Shown piece after piece: positions 1 to 12,727 of a stretch of 64,000 bases of DNA (positions are counted from its first letter, which is position 1; the number at the start of each line of letters is the position of its first letter). A model generated the notes under the pieces. It did not search any database and had not been told where the DNA came from. It saw nothing but the letters and a program-made list of their open reading frames with translations. This DNA comes from Eledone cirrhosa. Taxonomy: Eukaryota. The position numbers and the translations under genes are program-made. The DNA is taken from contig OZ024754.1 in assembly GCA_964016885.1 (NCBI GenBank), forward strand, positions 1,302,001 to 1,366,000. The letters run 5' to 3'.

Positions 1-16
1 GAGCGACCGGTACTTA

Positions 17-53
<37 letters not shown>

Positions 54-329
54 ACTATTTCTCTCCTTTCTATATTTTTCACCTTTGGCCAAGCCTTTGC
101 TCACTCTATATTTAAACGCATACCTCGTTTTTACCTGTTTTGTTACGTCCCAGTGTGTACTGGAATGAATAGTTTTGCCCTAAATTAACCGAAATCGTAG
201 TGATTCCCAGCGGTTGACTGTGGAGATGGGACTGTCCATCTTTTCGTTGTTATTTTCCATTGTTTTTGTCCTATGCACTTCCTATTTTGAATATATTTAT
301 CTTTCATCTTTTGGGTTTTTTTAAAAATA

Positions 330-770
330 AAGTATCACTTAAGTACTGGGGTTGACGAAATTGACTTTCACCTCCCACCCAAATCTCTGACCCCTGCCTA
401 AATTACAAACCATTATTAGCAGTAGTGTTGTTAGAGGGACAGACAAAATGCTTTCGACGCTTTGAGTTCGAATCTCACCGAGCTCCAATTTACCGTTTAT
501 CTTTCCAGGGCTCAATAAAATAAACCACCAGTTTTGTGTTCAAACCCTGCCGAGCTCAACTTTACTGTTCATCCTTCGGGGGTTGGAAGGGGGAAGGTCA
601 ATAACATAAGCCACCAGTTTTAAGTTCAAATTCCGCCGAGCTCAACTTTGCCGTTTATCTTTCTGGTGGTCAATAAAATAAAGTACCAGTTAAATACTAG
701 GGACGATGTAACTGACTTTTTCCTTAGCACAAATTGTTGGCCTTCTACCAAATGTAGAAACCATTATTTT
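330..770 (+). mobile_element. Cluster of SINE family 1 fragments, including three tandem B-box plus core segments
   Basis: gttcRaa...ccgagctcaacttt..cgtttatcttt..caataaaataa..accag repeats at ~465, ~537 and ~624. Confidence 0.7.
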
Positions 771-914
771 ATTTATTTATTGATATTTTTATTACTTTTG
801 TTGTTTTTAATCTCTTCATTGACAACAATTAAAAATTACTACGTTTCCATGCGATCGTCTTTATTGACTTATAAATATGAAACTAACAGCTAACATGGAC
901 ACCAATATCCATCA

Positions 915-2090
915 TTCTCTCCCCTCCAACTTCTCTCCTACGTCCTCCCTTCATACCCTCCTACATTCTCATTCATCCCCCTCCTCATACTCTCCTACCT
1001 TCTCATTCTCTCCCCTTCTCATACACTCTCCTCCTTCTCCCCCTCTTCATACTCTCCTACATGCTCTATCTCTTCCTTATACTCTCTTTCTTTCTTTCTT
1101 TCTTTATTTCTCTCTTTCTTTCTCTCTTTCTCTCTTTCTCTTTCTTTCTCTCTTTCTTTCTCTTTCTTTCTCTCTTTCTTTCTTTCTCTCTTTCTTTCTC
1201 TCTCTCTTTCTTTCTCTCTTTCTTCCTCTCTTTCTTTCTTTCCTTCCTACTTTTCTTCTTCGTCTTTATTGTTTTCAACCCATCATTATTATTAAATCTG
1301 TTTTTTTTTCTTCTTTATTTAACGTTTCATTTAATTATTTAAAAACTACAGCAGCTGTCTCTGGTGTTGTTGGTGTTGCTGTTGCTGTTGTTGGTGTTGT
1401 TGGTGTGGTGTTGTTGTTGCTGTTGTTGCTGTTGCTGCTGCTGTTGTTTGTCATTGTTGTTCCTATTATTGACTGTTGTTGTTGTTGTTCATATTCGTAT
1501 TAATTCTTGGTTTCAGTTTTCTTCTCCAAATGATATTTTTTTGTTTTTCTTCATTAAACAAACTCTTTCTCTTGCAAAAATTAGTTTCCTGATTTAAACT
1601 AATCTTTGCAATGGCCATCCATCATGGCCGAACTATCGTCTGCTCCTTCCAGTTATATTTTCTTCATATCTTCTTCTTATCTTACATTTTTTTCTCTTGA
1701 TTTGCTCTGTGTTAATATTGTTGGTGTTGGTGTTGGTGTTGTTGTTGTTTTGTATGCTGTTGTATTTTTTTTTAGTTCGTTTAATTTTATTTACTCGTTC
1801 TTTGTGGGTTCTTAGTAGAGCTCCTGATGATAATAGTGATGGTGATGATGATGATGATACATGATGATGATGGTGATGGCGATGATGATGATGATGATGA
1901 CAATGATGGTGATTGTGGAAGTGTTTATACTGTTGAAACTCTTATTGTGGATAATGCTGGTAATACTGATGATGGGGATGATGGTGATGCTGTTGATACT
2001 GTTGATGCTGTTGATGATGTTGATGATGTTAATGATAACAAGGATGAGAGTGTTATGACAATGAAGACGATGATGTTGATGATGATGTAA
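915..2090. repeat. Low-complexity block: CT-rich, (GTT)n and (GAT)n
   Basis: Direct reading. Confidence 0.85.
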
Positions 2091-2463
2091 ACGATACTGA
2101 AGTACATTTATTAATGACTTTTATTAAAGTAAATACAACTGAACTGATGATAATTTCCGGAAGGAGGTGAGGAATAATGGTGTGGAGGATAGGGGGGCCA
2201 GAAGGATAGGGTGCTGGGAGAAAGGGGGCTGGGGGATAGCGGGATGGGTATAGGGGATGGGGGCAGAAAGGGAGATGGGGCAGAAGGATAGAAGAGAGGG
2301 AGAAGGCCAAGTAGGAATACTGGGTACAGGAGGAGGGTGTCGGAATTGGAGGCTGAAGAATCAATTCCTTAGTTTCCCATAGGATCAATATTTGACGTTG
2401 GTGTGTTGTGGTGTGGTGTGTTGTGGTGTGTTGTAGTATGTTGTGGTATTATTATTATTATTA

Positions 2464-2627
2464 GGGCAGTGGATTGACAGTACAGAGTCATGAACCTTTA
2501 CGTTCTCAGTTCAAATCCTATCCGAGGTTAACTTTGCCTTTCATCCATACGAGGTCGATAAAATAAAGTACCAGTAATTTACTGGGGTAATTGCTGGCCT
2601 TGTGCCAAAAGTAGAAACAATTATTAT
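2464..2627 (+). mobile_element. SINE family 1
   Basis: B-box, core and tail match the 10370 copy. Confidence 0.8.
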
Positions 2628-3047
2628 TTGCTTTTCCTGTAATCGGATGTATCTGGTTTGCTCGCTCTTGTAATTTAATTAGAAGGATGTTAGCACCCGT
2701 ATTGCATGAGAAACGTGTCTCAATAATTTCGTGTTGATGCTAGTACGGAGTTGTTTCGCCCAAGACAATTCCGTCCTATGTCAGTGTCCATTTGAAGTCC
2801 TCTAACAACGTAGCTATGAACCACCTACTGTAGATAAGTATATATATAAGTTAGGTTTGTTGTTCTGTTGAGGGAGATTTACTCAATTATCTTTCCTGAG
2901 TATTCCGTCAGAGAATACATTCCGGAACTTCTTTCAAACTTAAGAAGGTATTCACACCAAGGATGGATGGGTGCTGCTGTGTGCATTATATAAAGTGTGG
3001 ACAAAATGTGGCACTAGTACTCGACACATTATTATTTAATTATTATA

Positions 3048-3151
3048 TACAGAGTGTCCCCAAAACTGTATACATACTTTGATTAAATGTACAGGCAATA
3101 TTTATTAGAATACTGTTGAAATGTATGTACATTTTTGGGGGACACCCTGTA
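3048..3151. mobile_element. Tc1/mariner-type MITE
   Basis: TIRs TA-cagagtgtccccaaaa / ttttgggggacaccctg-TA; same family as 47788-47878. Confidence 0.8.
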
Positions 3152-3504
3152 TGAACTTAAAACAGCTATTCAATTTTTAAATAGTAGCGTCAGTTTTGGT
3201 ACACCGTCTGTGTATGTGTGCGCGTGTATAAATATATGAGCATGTGTGCGTGTATAAATGTATAATTATGTGTGCGTATATGTGTGAGTAAGGATATTGG
3301 GTGTTTATAAGTGAAAGAGGAGAAGAAAAGAAAATAGAAGAGAAAATTAGAAATTATGAAAGGAGATTAATTTGAAAGAAACACGAAACAAGAAATAAAA
3401 GGTTTAGCAGAAAACTCCCTGCTATACATAAACAACGGGAAAAACATTATATTTGATTTATTTATGATTAGACCCTCAAGTAGACTGAATATATATATAT
3501 ATAA

Positions 3505-3627
3505 TAGTAATAATAATAAATGTGAAGACTAAAATCTGAAAAGGGCACGATAAGGATATTATATATATAGAATATATAATAACAGATTAAAGAATCGCTG
3601 CTTTCACCCTTAACGGGATCTTCTGAA
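3505..3627 (-). mobile_element. Family B mini-element
   Basis: aatgtgaagactaaaatc...gataaggat...gaatcgctgctttcacccttaacgggatcttctgaa is shared with other B copies; TA-flanked. Confidence 0.65.
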
Positions 3628-3696
3628 GCATAAATTAACATATATATATATATATATAATATTTATATATATAAATTTCTATTTAATATATGTATG

Positions 3697-3786
<90 letters not shown>

Positions 3787-3957
3787 AGAGTTAGAGAATT
3801 ATCGTATAATTTGTTTGAGTAATTGTATCCGATTTACTTTGATTGAAATAATCAAAATTAGCGATCCTAGACCGATTATATAACATACAAAGAAACATGT
3901 GTCAGGGCAATACCTGATGATCTCACACTTCTGGAATGTGGCTTTTTAAATGATTTT

Positions 3958-3989
<32 letters not shown>

Positions 3990-4519
3990 CAAATAAAAAT
4001 GCGATAGAATGTAAGAGTTGAGTGAAAAAGAGACGTTTAAATAATTGCTTTAGTAATATTATTTTTCCGAGTGCAATGTATTGAAATAGGATAATATGAG
4101 AATTAATTACATCGCTCTGGTTCACGTGATTTTTCTTCCTACTTTTTAATATGTCAAAAGAATTAATTTTAAGACACAATTATAATATGTGAGGGCCTGT
4201 TAGCTAACATTGTAAACGTGTAGAACACGACGTTGATTAAAGCAACATGTGGTGTGGTAATGGTGGACAGAGTAACAATGTATGATACACGCTATTCCAT
4301 CCCTCCTCACCAACACCACCACCAGCAGCATAAGAAAATAACAATGATAGAAATCCTTCATATTTCTTCATATTAATGGAATATTTCTTGCAATGTCAAG
4401 ATAACCTGCCGAAAAAAAGACAAACAAAGAAACAACAGCAGCAACGTTGAGTGGAACAGGATTATAAAACTGAGAGTTGTACAAGTGGAGGTTTATGTGT
4501 GTGCTTCAAGCGATATCGC

Positions 4520-4574
<55 letters not shown>

Positions 4575-4735
4575 TCCCGCCCGACCCCTCAATCTATTTT
4601 ATTTCTCATTCTTTCTTCCGATGAAAGACTAGCGTCCGAAACGTAAAGGCCCCCTTCCTGCTATATCAAGCGTTAACCTAATATATACCTTCCATATACT
4701 GTACCGATTGTGTTGTTATTTCTGTTTACCTTTTA
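4575..4735 (+). mobile_element. Family E short repeat (PLE pLTR-like) with minimal HHR at 4614-4649
   Basis: Near-identical to 35240-35397. Consensus of three copies: tctt CTGATGA a-ggac-tagc-gtcc GAA ACGT W aaga. Each copy carries 1-2 private mutations. Confidence 0.7.
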
Positions 4736-4911
4736 CACACGCACACGCACACACACACATATATATATACACACATACATACATACAAAACAAACACGGA
4801 TGGTAGAAGCGATTTCTTAAATAATTTAATACATTACAAAATAATTTAACTAATAATTATGCGACGACAATGTTGTAAAAAGCGGAAAAAAATATTGAAC
4901 ATAGTTAAGTC

Positions 4912-5097
4912 ATAGGCAGAATCGGTAGAGGATCGGACGCCATGCTTTGCAACATAGAGTTACGGCCCTTTATGATCTGAGTTCAAATTCCGCTGAAGTC
5001 AACTTTGCCTTTCATCTTTACGGGGGTCGATAAAATAAAGTACCAGTAATGTACTAGGGTAACTGTTGGCCTTGTGCCAAAAGTAGAAACAATTATT
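4912..5097 (+). mobile_element. SINE family 1
   Basis: Collinear with the 10370 copy. Confidence 0.85.
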
Positions 5098-5421
5098 TAC
5101 CGTACATCGCCAGCGGTAAACATAAACAGGGACCTGGTGAAAAGAAAGCCTCTAAAAGGAAAAACAAAATGCTTCAGTAATGGTTAAGCTTTTAAATGTA
5201 TTTATGTTTATATAAATATCTGTTGAAATATATTCCGTTGATCGATTACGATTGAAACCAGGGTAGATGTATCGATGTCACACACACATACATCAAATAG
5301 TCTTAATTAGATGATACTTATACACAATACACTAAATACATATCCATGTATGGTCCCCAAACACACGAGGGAGTTGGTGGGGCGCTGTATTGACATACAA
5401 CGTATCTAGGGCATTTTATTT

Positions 5422-5662
5422 TTAACCCTGGCAGAGCCCATCACTTCTCCAGGTCAGAATACAGCAGATTCCTTCCAGAGCAGGATAGATAGCGAGTGAG
5501 AGAATGGAAGTGAGACAAATACATAGAGGAAGAATCGACCCCAGTACTAGACTGGTACTTTTTATATCATCCTTGTATGGATGAAAGGAAAAGTTGACTT
5601 CGTCGGGGTTTGAACTCAGAAAGCAGAGAGACGAAACATATACCACAAAGCATTCTGTCCGT
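5422..5662 (-). mobile_element. SINE family 1 variant with an alternative 3' tail
   Basis: Same B-box and core; tail shared with 18815-19072. Confidence 0.7.
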
Positions 5663-5677
5663 CTCTAAATACATGTG

Positions 5678-5716
<39 letters not shown>

Positions 5717-5807
5717 ATATATATATATATATATATATGCGGAAATCCCTATTTTGTAAATAAATGTTTTGATGTTATTCTGAGAGAAAATCTCTTTAGC
5801 ATTCGAA

Positions 5808-6080
5808 TCTAGCTGTCCAAGCGGTCGGAGCTCAGCCGTCGGGGTCCTGAGTCTTCTCCTATTACACACTCTACTACCCTAACTATCGAGTACTCTGGTG
5901 CGTTATGGTTCACCTGGTTCCTTACGGTTCACCTGGTTCCTTACCACACTTCTTTTGTTATATATATATAACGAAAGAAGTGTGGTAAGGAACCAGGTGG
6001 ACCACAACGCACCAGAGTACTCGATTCTTAGGGTAGTAGAGTGTGTAATAGGAAAAGAGTCAGGACCCCGACGGCTGAGC
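5808..6080. mobile_element. Two family A mini-elements, tail-to-tail across a short TA run
   Basis: 5808-5960 (+) and 5971-6080 (-) are reverse complements with several differences. The + copy has an internal ~19 bp tandem duplication. Confidence 0.75.
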
Positions 6081-6085
6081 AGCCA

Positions 6086-6150
6086 TTCTTTGATATATAT
6101 TTATCCTTATCGAGCCCTCTTTGGATTTTAGTCTTCACATTTATTATTAT

Positions 6151-6155
<5 letters not shown>
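6086..6155 (+). mobile_element. Family B tail fragment fused to a family A copy
   Basis: tttatccttatcgagccctctttggattttagtcttcacatttattattattacta(TA)n. Confidence 0.65.
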
Positions 6156-6196
<41 letters not shown>

Positions 6197-6200
<4 letters not shown>

Positions 6201-7188
6201 GTTTGTATATGTATAATAAAGCCAAAATAATGCAGGTATGGACATAGAATAAAGAATGGAAATGCAGAAGATATTGTTGCCAATTAGTCTTTTACCTTAG
6301 ATTTATTTAAATGTCCTTAATTTTCGAGATAATATTTCTTCTTCGGAGGGAAGTAAAGCGGTTAAACCAGTGTTCTAAATAGCTTGCCAAGTCATGCTGT
6401 CAGGAAATGGTATAGAGTATCTGTTCTATCTCTAATATCAAAGAGTTAAGGTTAGGTGGATAAAGAGTAGTCTCCCTTTAAAAGGTTTTTTTTTTGTACA
6501 AGCCTGTTTAAGTGTGTGGGAGAATGCGTGAAGGTGTAAGTATGTGTGTGTGAGTGTGAGAAGATATGTCTATACGTAAATGTGGGTGATAGATGTTATC
6601 TCGTGTTAGAACTGGTCTTTGTGTGTGTATGTGTGTGTGTGAGAGAGAATAAGTGGAGGTGTAAGCGTGTGTGTGTGTGTGTGTGGGAGGGGGGGGGGTG
6701 TAAATATGGGGCTAGATGCTCTATCAAGTTATAAATTGGGTGTTGAGTTCTAGTCTATTATTGATTGGTGGTTGTGTTTTGTCTATAATTAGTGCTTCCT
6801 TAATTCTAAGATTGCCGAGGTTTCTTTCCTTAGTTTCTATCCTAACTGTTATGGTTTTGTCAGTGTTTTTGCATTTAACTAGGTGTTTCTTAAATGAGGA
6901 AGCGTTAGTATTGAGGTGTTCTTTTATTCTTATGTGGAGTGGTCTGGTGGTGCTACCTACGTAGAAGTTGCTGCATTTGTCGCACTCTAGTCTGTATACG
7001 ACGTAAGCCTGGTGGCATAGGTCTGTGTCGTTGATGGGGCAGTTGGCTAGCTTGCAGCGGTTGTCATGTCTGGTGGAGTGTCTTTTGGTTAGCTGTCCGC
7101 GTAGAGAAGGACCTGAGTGGGCTAGTTGGAAATCTAGTCCCTCTCGTCTGAAAGCTCTGCGGATGGCTGTTGTTGTTTCGTATATATA
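6197..7188 (-). mobile_element. 5'-truncated Penelope-like retroelement (GIY-YIG endonuclease end plus 3' UTR)
   Basis: Contains the endonuclease frame below. The 3' UTR has a degenerate HHR-like motif near 6312-6353 (minus: CCGAAGA-aga..tct-c-GAAA-ATTA-agga). Bounded by TA runs on both sides. Confidence 0.8.
6724..7182 (-). pseudogene. PLE C-terminal GIY-YIG endonuclease fragment (Penelope/Nematis-like)
   Basis: Translation ...CKLANCPINDTDLCHQAYVVYRLECDKCSNFYVGSTTRPLHIRIKEHL...IKEALII...PPINNR shows the VVY-CxxC-YVG-T-R-L-R-EH motif plus the conserved E and N. The first ~16 residues of the listed ORF (6724..7230) come from a neighbouring inserted element. No RT domain present. Confidence 0.88.
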
Positions 7189-7359
7189 GTGGTGGAACAC
7201 TGGAAGGTAATATCCGTAGTGGTAGAACACTCAGTCCATGGGACGAGTTAGGTAGAAGTGGTTATACAACAGTTAGTTCACCATACCGAGAACAATTGTT
7301 TCACCTTAGCGGATCCTCAGCTCGGAATCCGAGCTGAGGATCCGCTAAGGTGAAACAAT
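7189..7359 (-). mobile_element. Family G HHR-bearing mini-element with terminal fold-back
   Basis: About 31 bp inverted repeat centred at 7327; TA-flanked; second copy at 54597-54726. Confidence 0.7.
7286..7325 (-). ncRNA. Minimal type I hammerhead ribozyme (family G)
   Basis: Minus strand: ccgag CTGAGGA t-cc-gctaa-gg-t GAA ACAATTGT T ctcgg. Helix I is a perfect 5 bp and helix III is palindromic. Confidence 0.75.
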
Positions 7360-7726
7360 ATATATATATATATATATAATTAAATATAAAATAGGAAATA
7401 AATGAAACTAGAGAGATTTGAACTCGGGATGTAAAAACAAGTGAATAATAAACCGAACAACAAGCACCTAGTAACAGTATAATAATATTCATTAATAATA
7501 TATTTATTTGTTTGTTTTCTAAACAAACCCGTAATGACGTCATTCCAATGATTAATTTTTCTATCTAAACATAAAAAATCACTAAAAATATGTCTAACAA
7601 AAAAATCAATTAATTTTTTTCGTAAATTAAGGCAGCCTTTAATGCATTTATCAACATATAATGGAATTACATCCAAAGATTTTATCTGCAGGTTTGTTAC
7701 ACTATGTATGTATGTATGTATGTATG

Positions 7727-7767
<41 letters not shown>

Positions 7768-7955
7768 ATGTATGTATGTATGTGTGTATATAGATACAGA
7801 CACATATATATACCTATATATGCATACATATGCACGCACACACAATATATATATATATGTATAAGCACCAGTAATATATATATGCGGGTTCATGTTTTCT
7901 TTTAGTTTACTTACAAACTTCACTAAGTTTTAATTATGAGGTACAATTAAAAAAG

Positions 7956-8010
<55 letters not shown>

Positions 8011-8424
8011 TCTCGCTCCATACACAGTGTCCTGTAAACACTCATACAACTATATATGCATACGGGCATACTTATATACAGACATATGAACATAAATGTT
8101 TATTCATGTATAGAAACATTCATATATAAACAAATAAATATATATTTGTGTGTGTATATATATATATGTATATATATATATGTGTGTGTTTGTGTATGTT
8201 GTTAGAGGAGGTATATTAGTGTATACACACTCACGTGTGTCGAGAGAGAAGCAATTGTATAAATAAATGAGAGAACATTCGAGAAAGAAAGCGAGGAAAT
8301 ATGTAAAGAAATATACGAGATAAAAATTAAGGAAGGTTTGATTTATAGAATATCATTGAACTTATCATGAGCCATATCCATCAATGGGTTAATGATAACT
8401 CACTGCAGAGGTTACAATGATTTC

Positions 8425-8500
8425 TACTATAGGCAAAAGGACAGCAATTTTGGGAAGGCGGAAGTCTATTAAATAGACTCCAGTGCATTACTGGTACTTT
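8425..8500 (-). mobile_element. SINE family 1, 3' fragment
   Basis: tttctactataggcaaaagg..cagcaatt...cagtgcattactggtacttt. Confidence 0.55.
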
Positions 8501-8532
8501 GTAAAAGTGTCAGGGGATGCCAGATATGGTAA

Positions 8533-8577
<45 letters not shown>

Positions 8578-8796
8578 GGCAATGTCCACTATACAGGCTC
8601 TATCCAGAATATTCTGCAATATCTACTGCCATGGGTGTACAGAGGTAATTGCTCAAGAGTCCCACGAAAATGTTAAGTATCGTTGAAGTTCCTGCCATCA
8701 CATCATACTGAATTACAAGTATCTACTGAGAGAGAGAGAGGGGGGATTGAGAGGGAGAGAGAGAGAGGTGGTGTATGTATACACACGCACACACAC

Positions 8797-8832
<36 letters not shown>

Positions 8833-9743
8833 TTATATATATATTTTTTGTGTATGTAGATGTGTGTGTGAACTTTTATACTTATATGTATGTATTAATA
8901 TATGTGTGTGTGTTTATATTTATGTATATATATAATATATATATGTATGTGTTTGTGGATATATGTGTACTTATGTTTGTGTATATATGTGTGTGTATAA
9001 GTATGAGTTTGAGTGTGTACTTATGTTTGTGTGTATATATGTGCGTGTGTAAGTATATATGTATTTGAGTGTGTGCATATATGTGGACTCATTTTTATGT
9101 TTGTGTGTATCTGTGTATAAGTAGATATGTGCTTGCATATATGTGTACTTATATTTGTGTGCTTATATGTGTGGGAATGTCTTTATACGTGGGTCTGTGT
9201 GATTGCATATCTTACGCCACATGTATGTGTATGCTTACATGTATGTGTATGCTTACATGTATGTGTATATATTTGCGCGTACGCATAAATGCCTGTATGT
9301 CCCTATTCCCATGAGTATATTTATATGCATGTGTGTTAAACGATCATCTGCAAACAACAGTCTCCAATATACAATTTAAAAAAAAGAAAAGAAAAGGCAA
9401 TAACTAAAAAAAAAAAATAGCCTCAACTACAATTAACAAAAGAAATAACAGAACGAACTAAAACAATTGAGATAGATAGCAATATGGCGGACAGGAAAAA
9501 ACGTTAGGAGTGTTAAGCAAACAAAAATGGCGGATCGTGGATTTTTCTTTCGTATTTTTGTTCAATGTTGATATTTTTCCCCATTTGTTTAGTTTATATT
9601 TCTGTTCAAATAATGTTTCATTTTGCTTATGTTTCAGTATTTATGAATAAATCATTGGAACAGCAGATTATTGAATTATCAGCTTAGCTTTATTTGCACC
9701 CTCGCCCTCACAACATCATTCACACACACATAAAAGCCCATAC

Positions 9744-9774
<31 letters not shown>

Positions 9775-10369
9775 CACATCAATATGTATTTGTAGATGTA
9801 CTCCCTCTCTCACACACACACATATATATATATATACGCATATAAATATCCATTCACACATATGTATAAATGATCCTCTCTCTTGATATATATATATTAT
9901 TTTATATAAAGTATTTTTAGTTAACACTCCTATAGTTTTTCTCTCTTAATATATAAATATATATCAGAAAGAAACTAATACAATATGATCTCAATAGACA
10001 TTTAGAAGTGTACCTAACTCTATTATATACTTACATACAAATTTACATAAATATATACACGTATATACACGCACATATACTCATTTATCAACATAGTATT
10101 TCGTCTGCTTTCCACACTGGCATACTGAACGGGTTGTAACGGCCCAGGACCAGACGTGTGGGCGTGACCTTTTTGGCTAACCCTTTCCATATTTGGTTTC
10201 TAGGATGACCTTCTTAACGGTGACCAGTTTACAGATTTTACTCGGTTATTTTTTTTGTTTTAATTTTTGTGGCACCACCATTACAATATTGACTGAAAGG
10301 GGCGTCAAACCTTATATTGTCTCCATTCGATCGCTAAACGCTTGTTGGTTAGTAATATAATAATATTAT

Positions 10370-10557
10370 GGTGAATTGGCAGTATCGGTGGAGGGTTGGA
10401 CGCCATACTTTGACGTATAGAGTTACGGCCCTTGCCATTCTGAGTTCAAATCCCGCCAAGGTTAACTTTGCCTTTCATCCTTACTGGGTCGATAAAATAA
10501 AGTACCAGTAATGCACTGGGTAATTGCTGGCCTTGTGCCTAACGGAGAAACAATTAT
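10370..10557 (+). mobile_element. tRNA-derived SINE family 1, full length
   Basis: A-box-like tggcagtatcgg, B-box gagttcaaatccc, core gcctttcatcctt..gggtcgataaaataaagtaccag (MetaSINE-like core, from recall), and an ATT tail. Confidence 0.85.
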
Positions 10558-11150
10558 GTAGCTCGCTTGAAACTGAAGTCTATTGCACTTCTATTTATTC
10601 CTGCTGTCAATGGCTACCATAGAATTGGTTATAGCTAACATTAATCCAAAATTAATTAAAATAAATCATTTGTTTGCGATCAGTTTACATTTATATCTGG
10701 AAGAAAAAACAGAGACATTTTCCTCATTGTCGACTAACAGAATTTAGAATTAGAATGGACGGTTGAAATACAGATCAAAATAATTATATCACTTGGGATA
10801 TATATTATACACAACAGTCTGCGATATCGGGAGTGTAGTTGTGTTTTTATAGTGTAATAATGACACAAGCATATATATCACTTACACCTTTATTCTTTTA
10901 CCTGTTACAGCCATCCGGCTGTCGGACGAGATTTTATCTGATGATGACAGATACCACCGAAATACGTATTATGGTGATAATGTAATATATAAGTGGGACA
11001 ATTCTAATATAGTGTCTTCTAATTTATTGATACAGACACGCACGCGCGCGCACACACACACACATGTATTTATACACACTAACATACACATATATACATG
11101 CACTAACATGAACATTATATATATATATAAATATAGGAATAAGGTATATA

Positions 11151-11188
<38 letters not shown>

Positions 11189-11194
11189 TACACA

Positions 11195-11285
<91 letters not shown>

Positions 11286-11350
11286 GCATATACACACACA
11301 CACATATCTATATATATATATATATATGCATACACACACACACACATATC

Positions 11351-11382
<32 letters not shown>

Positions 11383-11435
11383 CACACACATATATATACA
11401 CACAGAATAGACTAAACCTATACACCAACTATATT

Positions 11436-11660
11436 AACACGTGTATAGTGGTCCATATTTCTGATCCACTGCCAGTAATTCAATCATATTTCCATACAGA
11501 TTACTATCAATTGAAATAAAACATTCTATTGCCTGCCAACCAAATTCAATAACTCTAGTGACCACACTGATATCATCCCCTTTACTTCACTTATTATATT
11601 CCTGCACAGTAACCACTGATACTTATTACTGATGGAACTACACACAGGGACTACTGTATT
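11436..11660. repeat. Unclassified ~225 bp dispersed repeat, copy 1
   Basis: Nearly identical to 16268-16497. Confidence 0.8.
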
Positions 11661-11760
11661 TAGTATGTGTTGTGGAGTTTCGCGCTCAAATCATCCGAGA
11701 TTTCAGACACATAGCGAAGGAGAGAGAGAGAGAGAGAGAGACTAAAATTCCGCACGTACG

Positions 11761-11873
<113 letters not shown>

Positions 11874-11900
11874 CCATTTTTAAGGGCTAAGACGAGGGTC

Positions 11901-11946
11901 TTGTTATTCTGGAGTTTCCCTACAAACTCACAGGATCATCAGACAA
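11901..11946 (-). ncRNA. Type I hammerhead ribozyme (family F)
   Basis: Minus strand: ttgt CTGATGA t-cctg-tgagtttg-tagg GAA ACTC ca GAAT A acaa. The related fragment at ~29105 (GAAACTCcaGAGTAacaa) restores helix III; another fragment lies at ~34195. Confidence 0.7.
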
Positions 11947-12179
11947 TAAGGAATATTTAAGCTCTACTTCAGTATGGAGTACTCTTTTCTCATTATGGAC
12001 AAGCGATAATTAGTATTAAGATATAGAGTTGATTTTGAGGATAAAATAATTATATCACTCGGGGATGTGTTTGTGTGTGTATACATATAAAAAAATATAT
12101 GTATATACATACACATATAAATATATATATATATATATATAAATACACACACACACATACATACATACATACATACATA

Positions 12180-12540
12180 TTAGGTTATGCAAGAAATGCT
12201 TAGGGTTATCCTGAATGCAGTAATGGTTAATTACTACACTAGATAGAATTGACATACGGTGAGGGGTTACTTAACGAGTTATGGAAGAATAGTCGGAAAA
12301 TTCAGTTTCAGATCCTTCTGTATTCCGGAGTGTAGATAAAGAATGAGTAATAACAGGTAGACATAATAAAAAGGTAATTTATTCCGAGTGCTTACAAATG
12401 TTTCAACAGTAGTTATACAGCCTAGTCATGCTATGTGCAATTGAGCATGACTAGGCTGTATAACTACTGTTGAAACATTTGTAAGCACTCGGAATAAATT
12501 ACCTTTTTATGATGTCTACCTGTTATTACTCATCCTTTAT
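12180..12540 (-). mobile_element. Family C fold-back element (97 bp arms plus ~155 bp tail)
   Basis: Arms 12336-12432 and 12444-12540 with 2 mismatches. Contains GAAACAttTGTA-agcactc, an HHR 3' half, at 12472-12490. Confidence 0.75.
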
Positions 12541-12684
12541 ATATATTATAAAATTCTAATTTTATTTTTAATATTCGGCAAGGCCATCCGTAACTCGCTT
12601 GTTATGCAAATGAGGCTACTCAGCTGATGTGTACTTGAGAAAATACTAATTATTTTCAACCATTCAACAAACTGGCAGATGCAT

Positions 12685-12727
12685 ACAGTCCTGATGAAGG
12701 GTAATGACACAGAAACATGTTGATTGT
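12685..12727 (+). ncRNA. Minimal type I hammerhead ribozyme
   Basis: acagtc CTGATGA agggtaatgacaca GAA ACATGT T gattgt. Helix I is 6 bp with one GU, helix III is the palindrome ACATGT, helix II is imperfect. Confidence 0.7.

Noticed and set aside
877-2090. Membrane-protein-like or Cys/Asp-rich ORFs
   Set aside because: Derived from CT, GTT and GAT low-complexity tracts.
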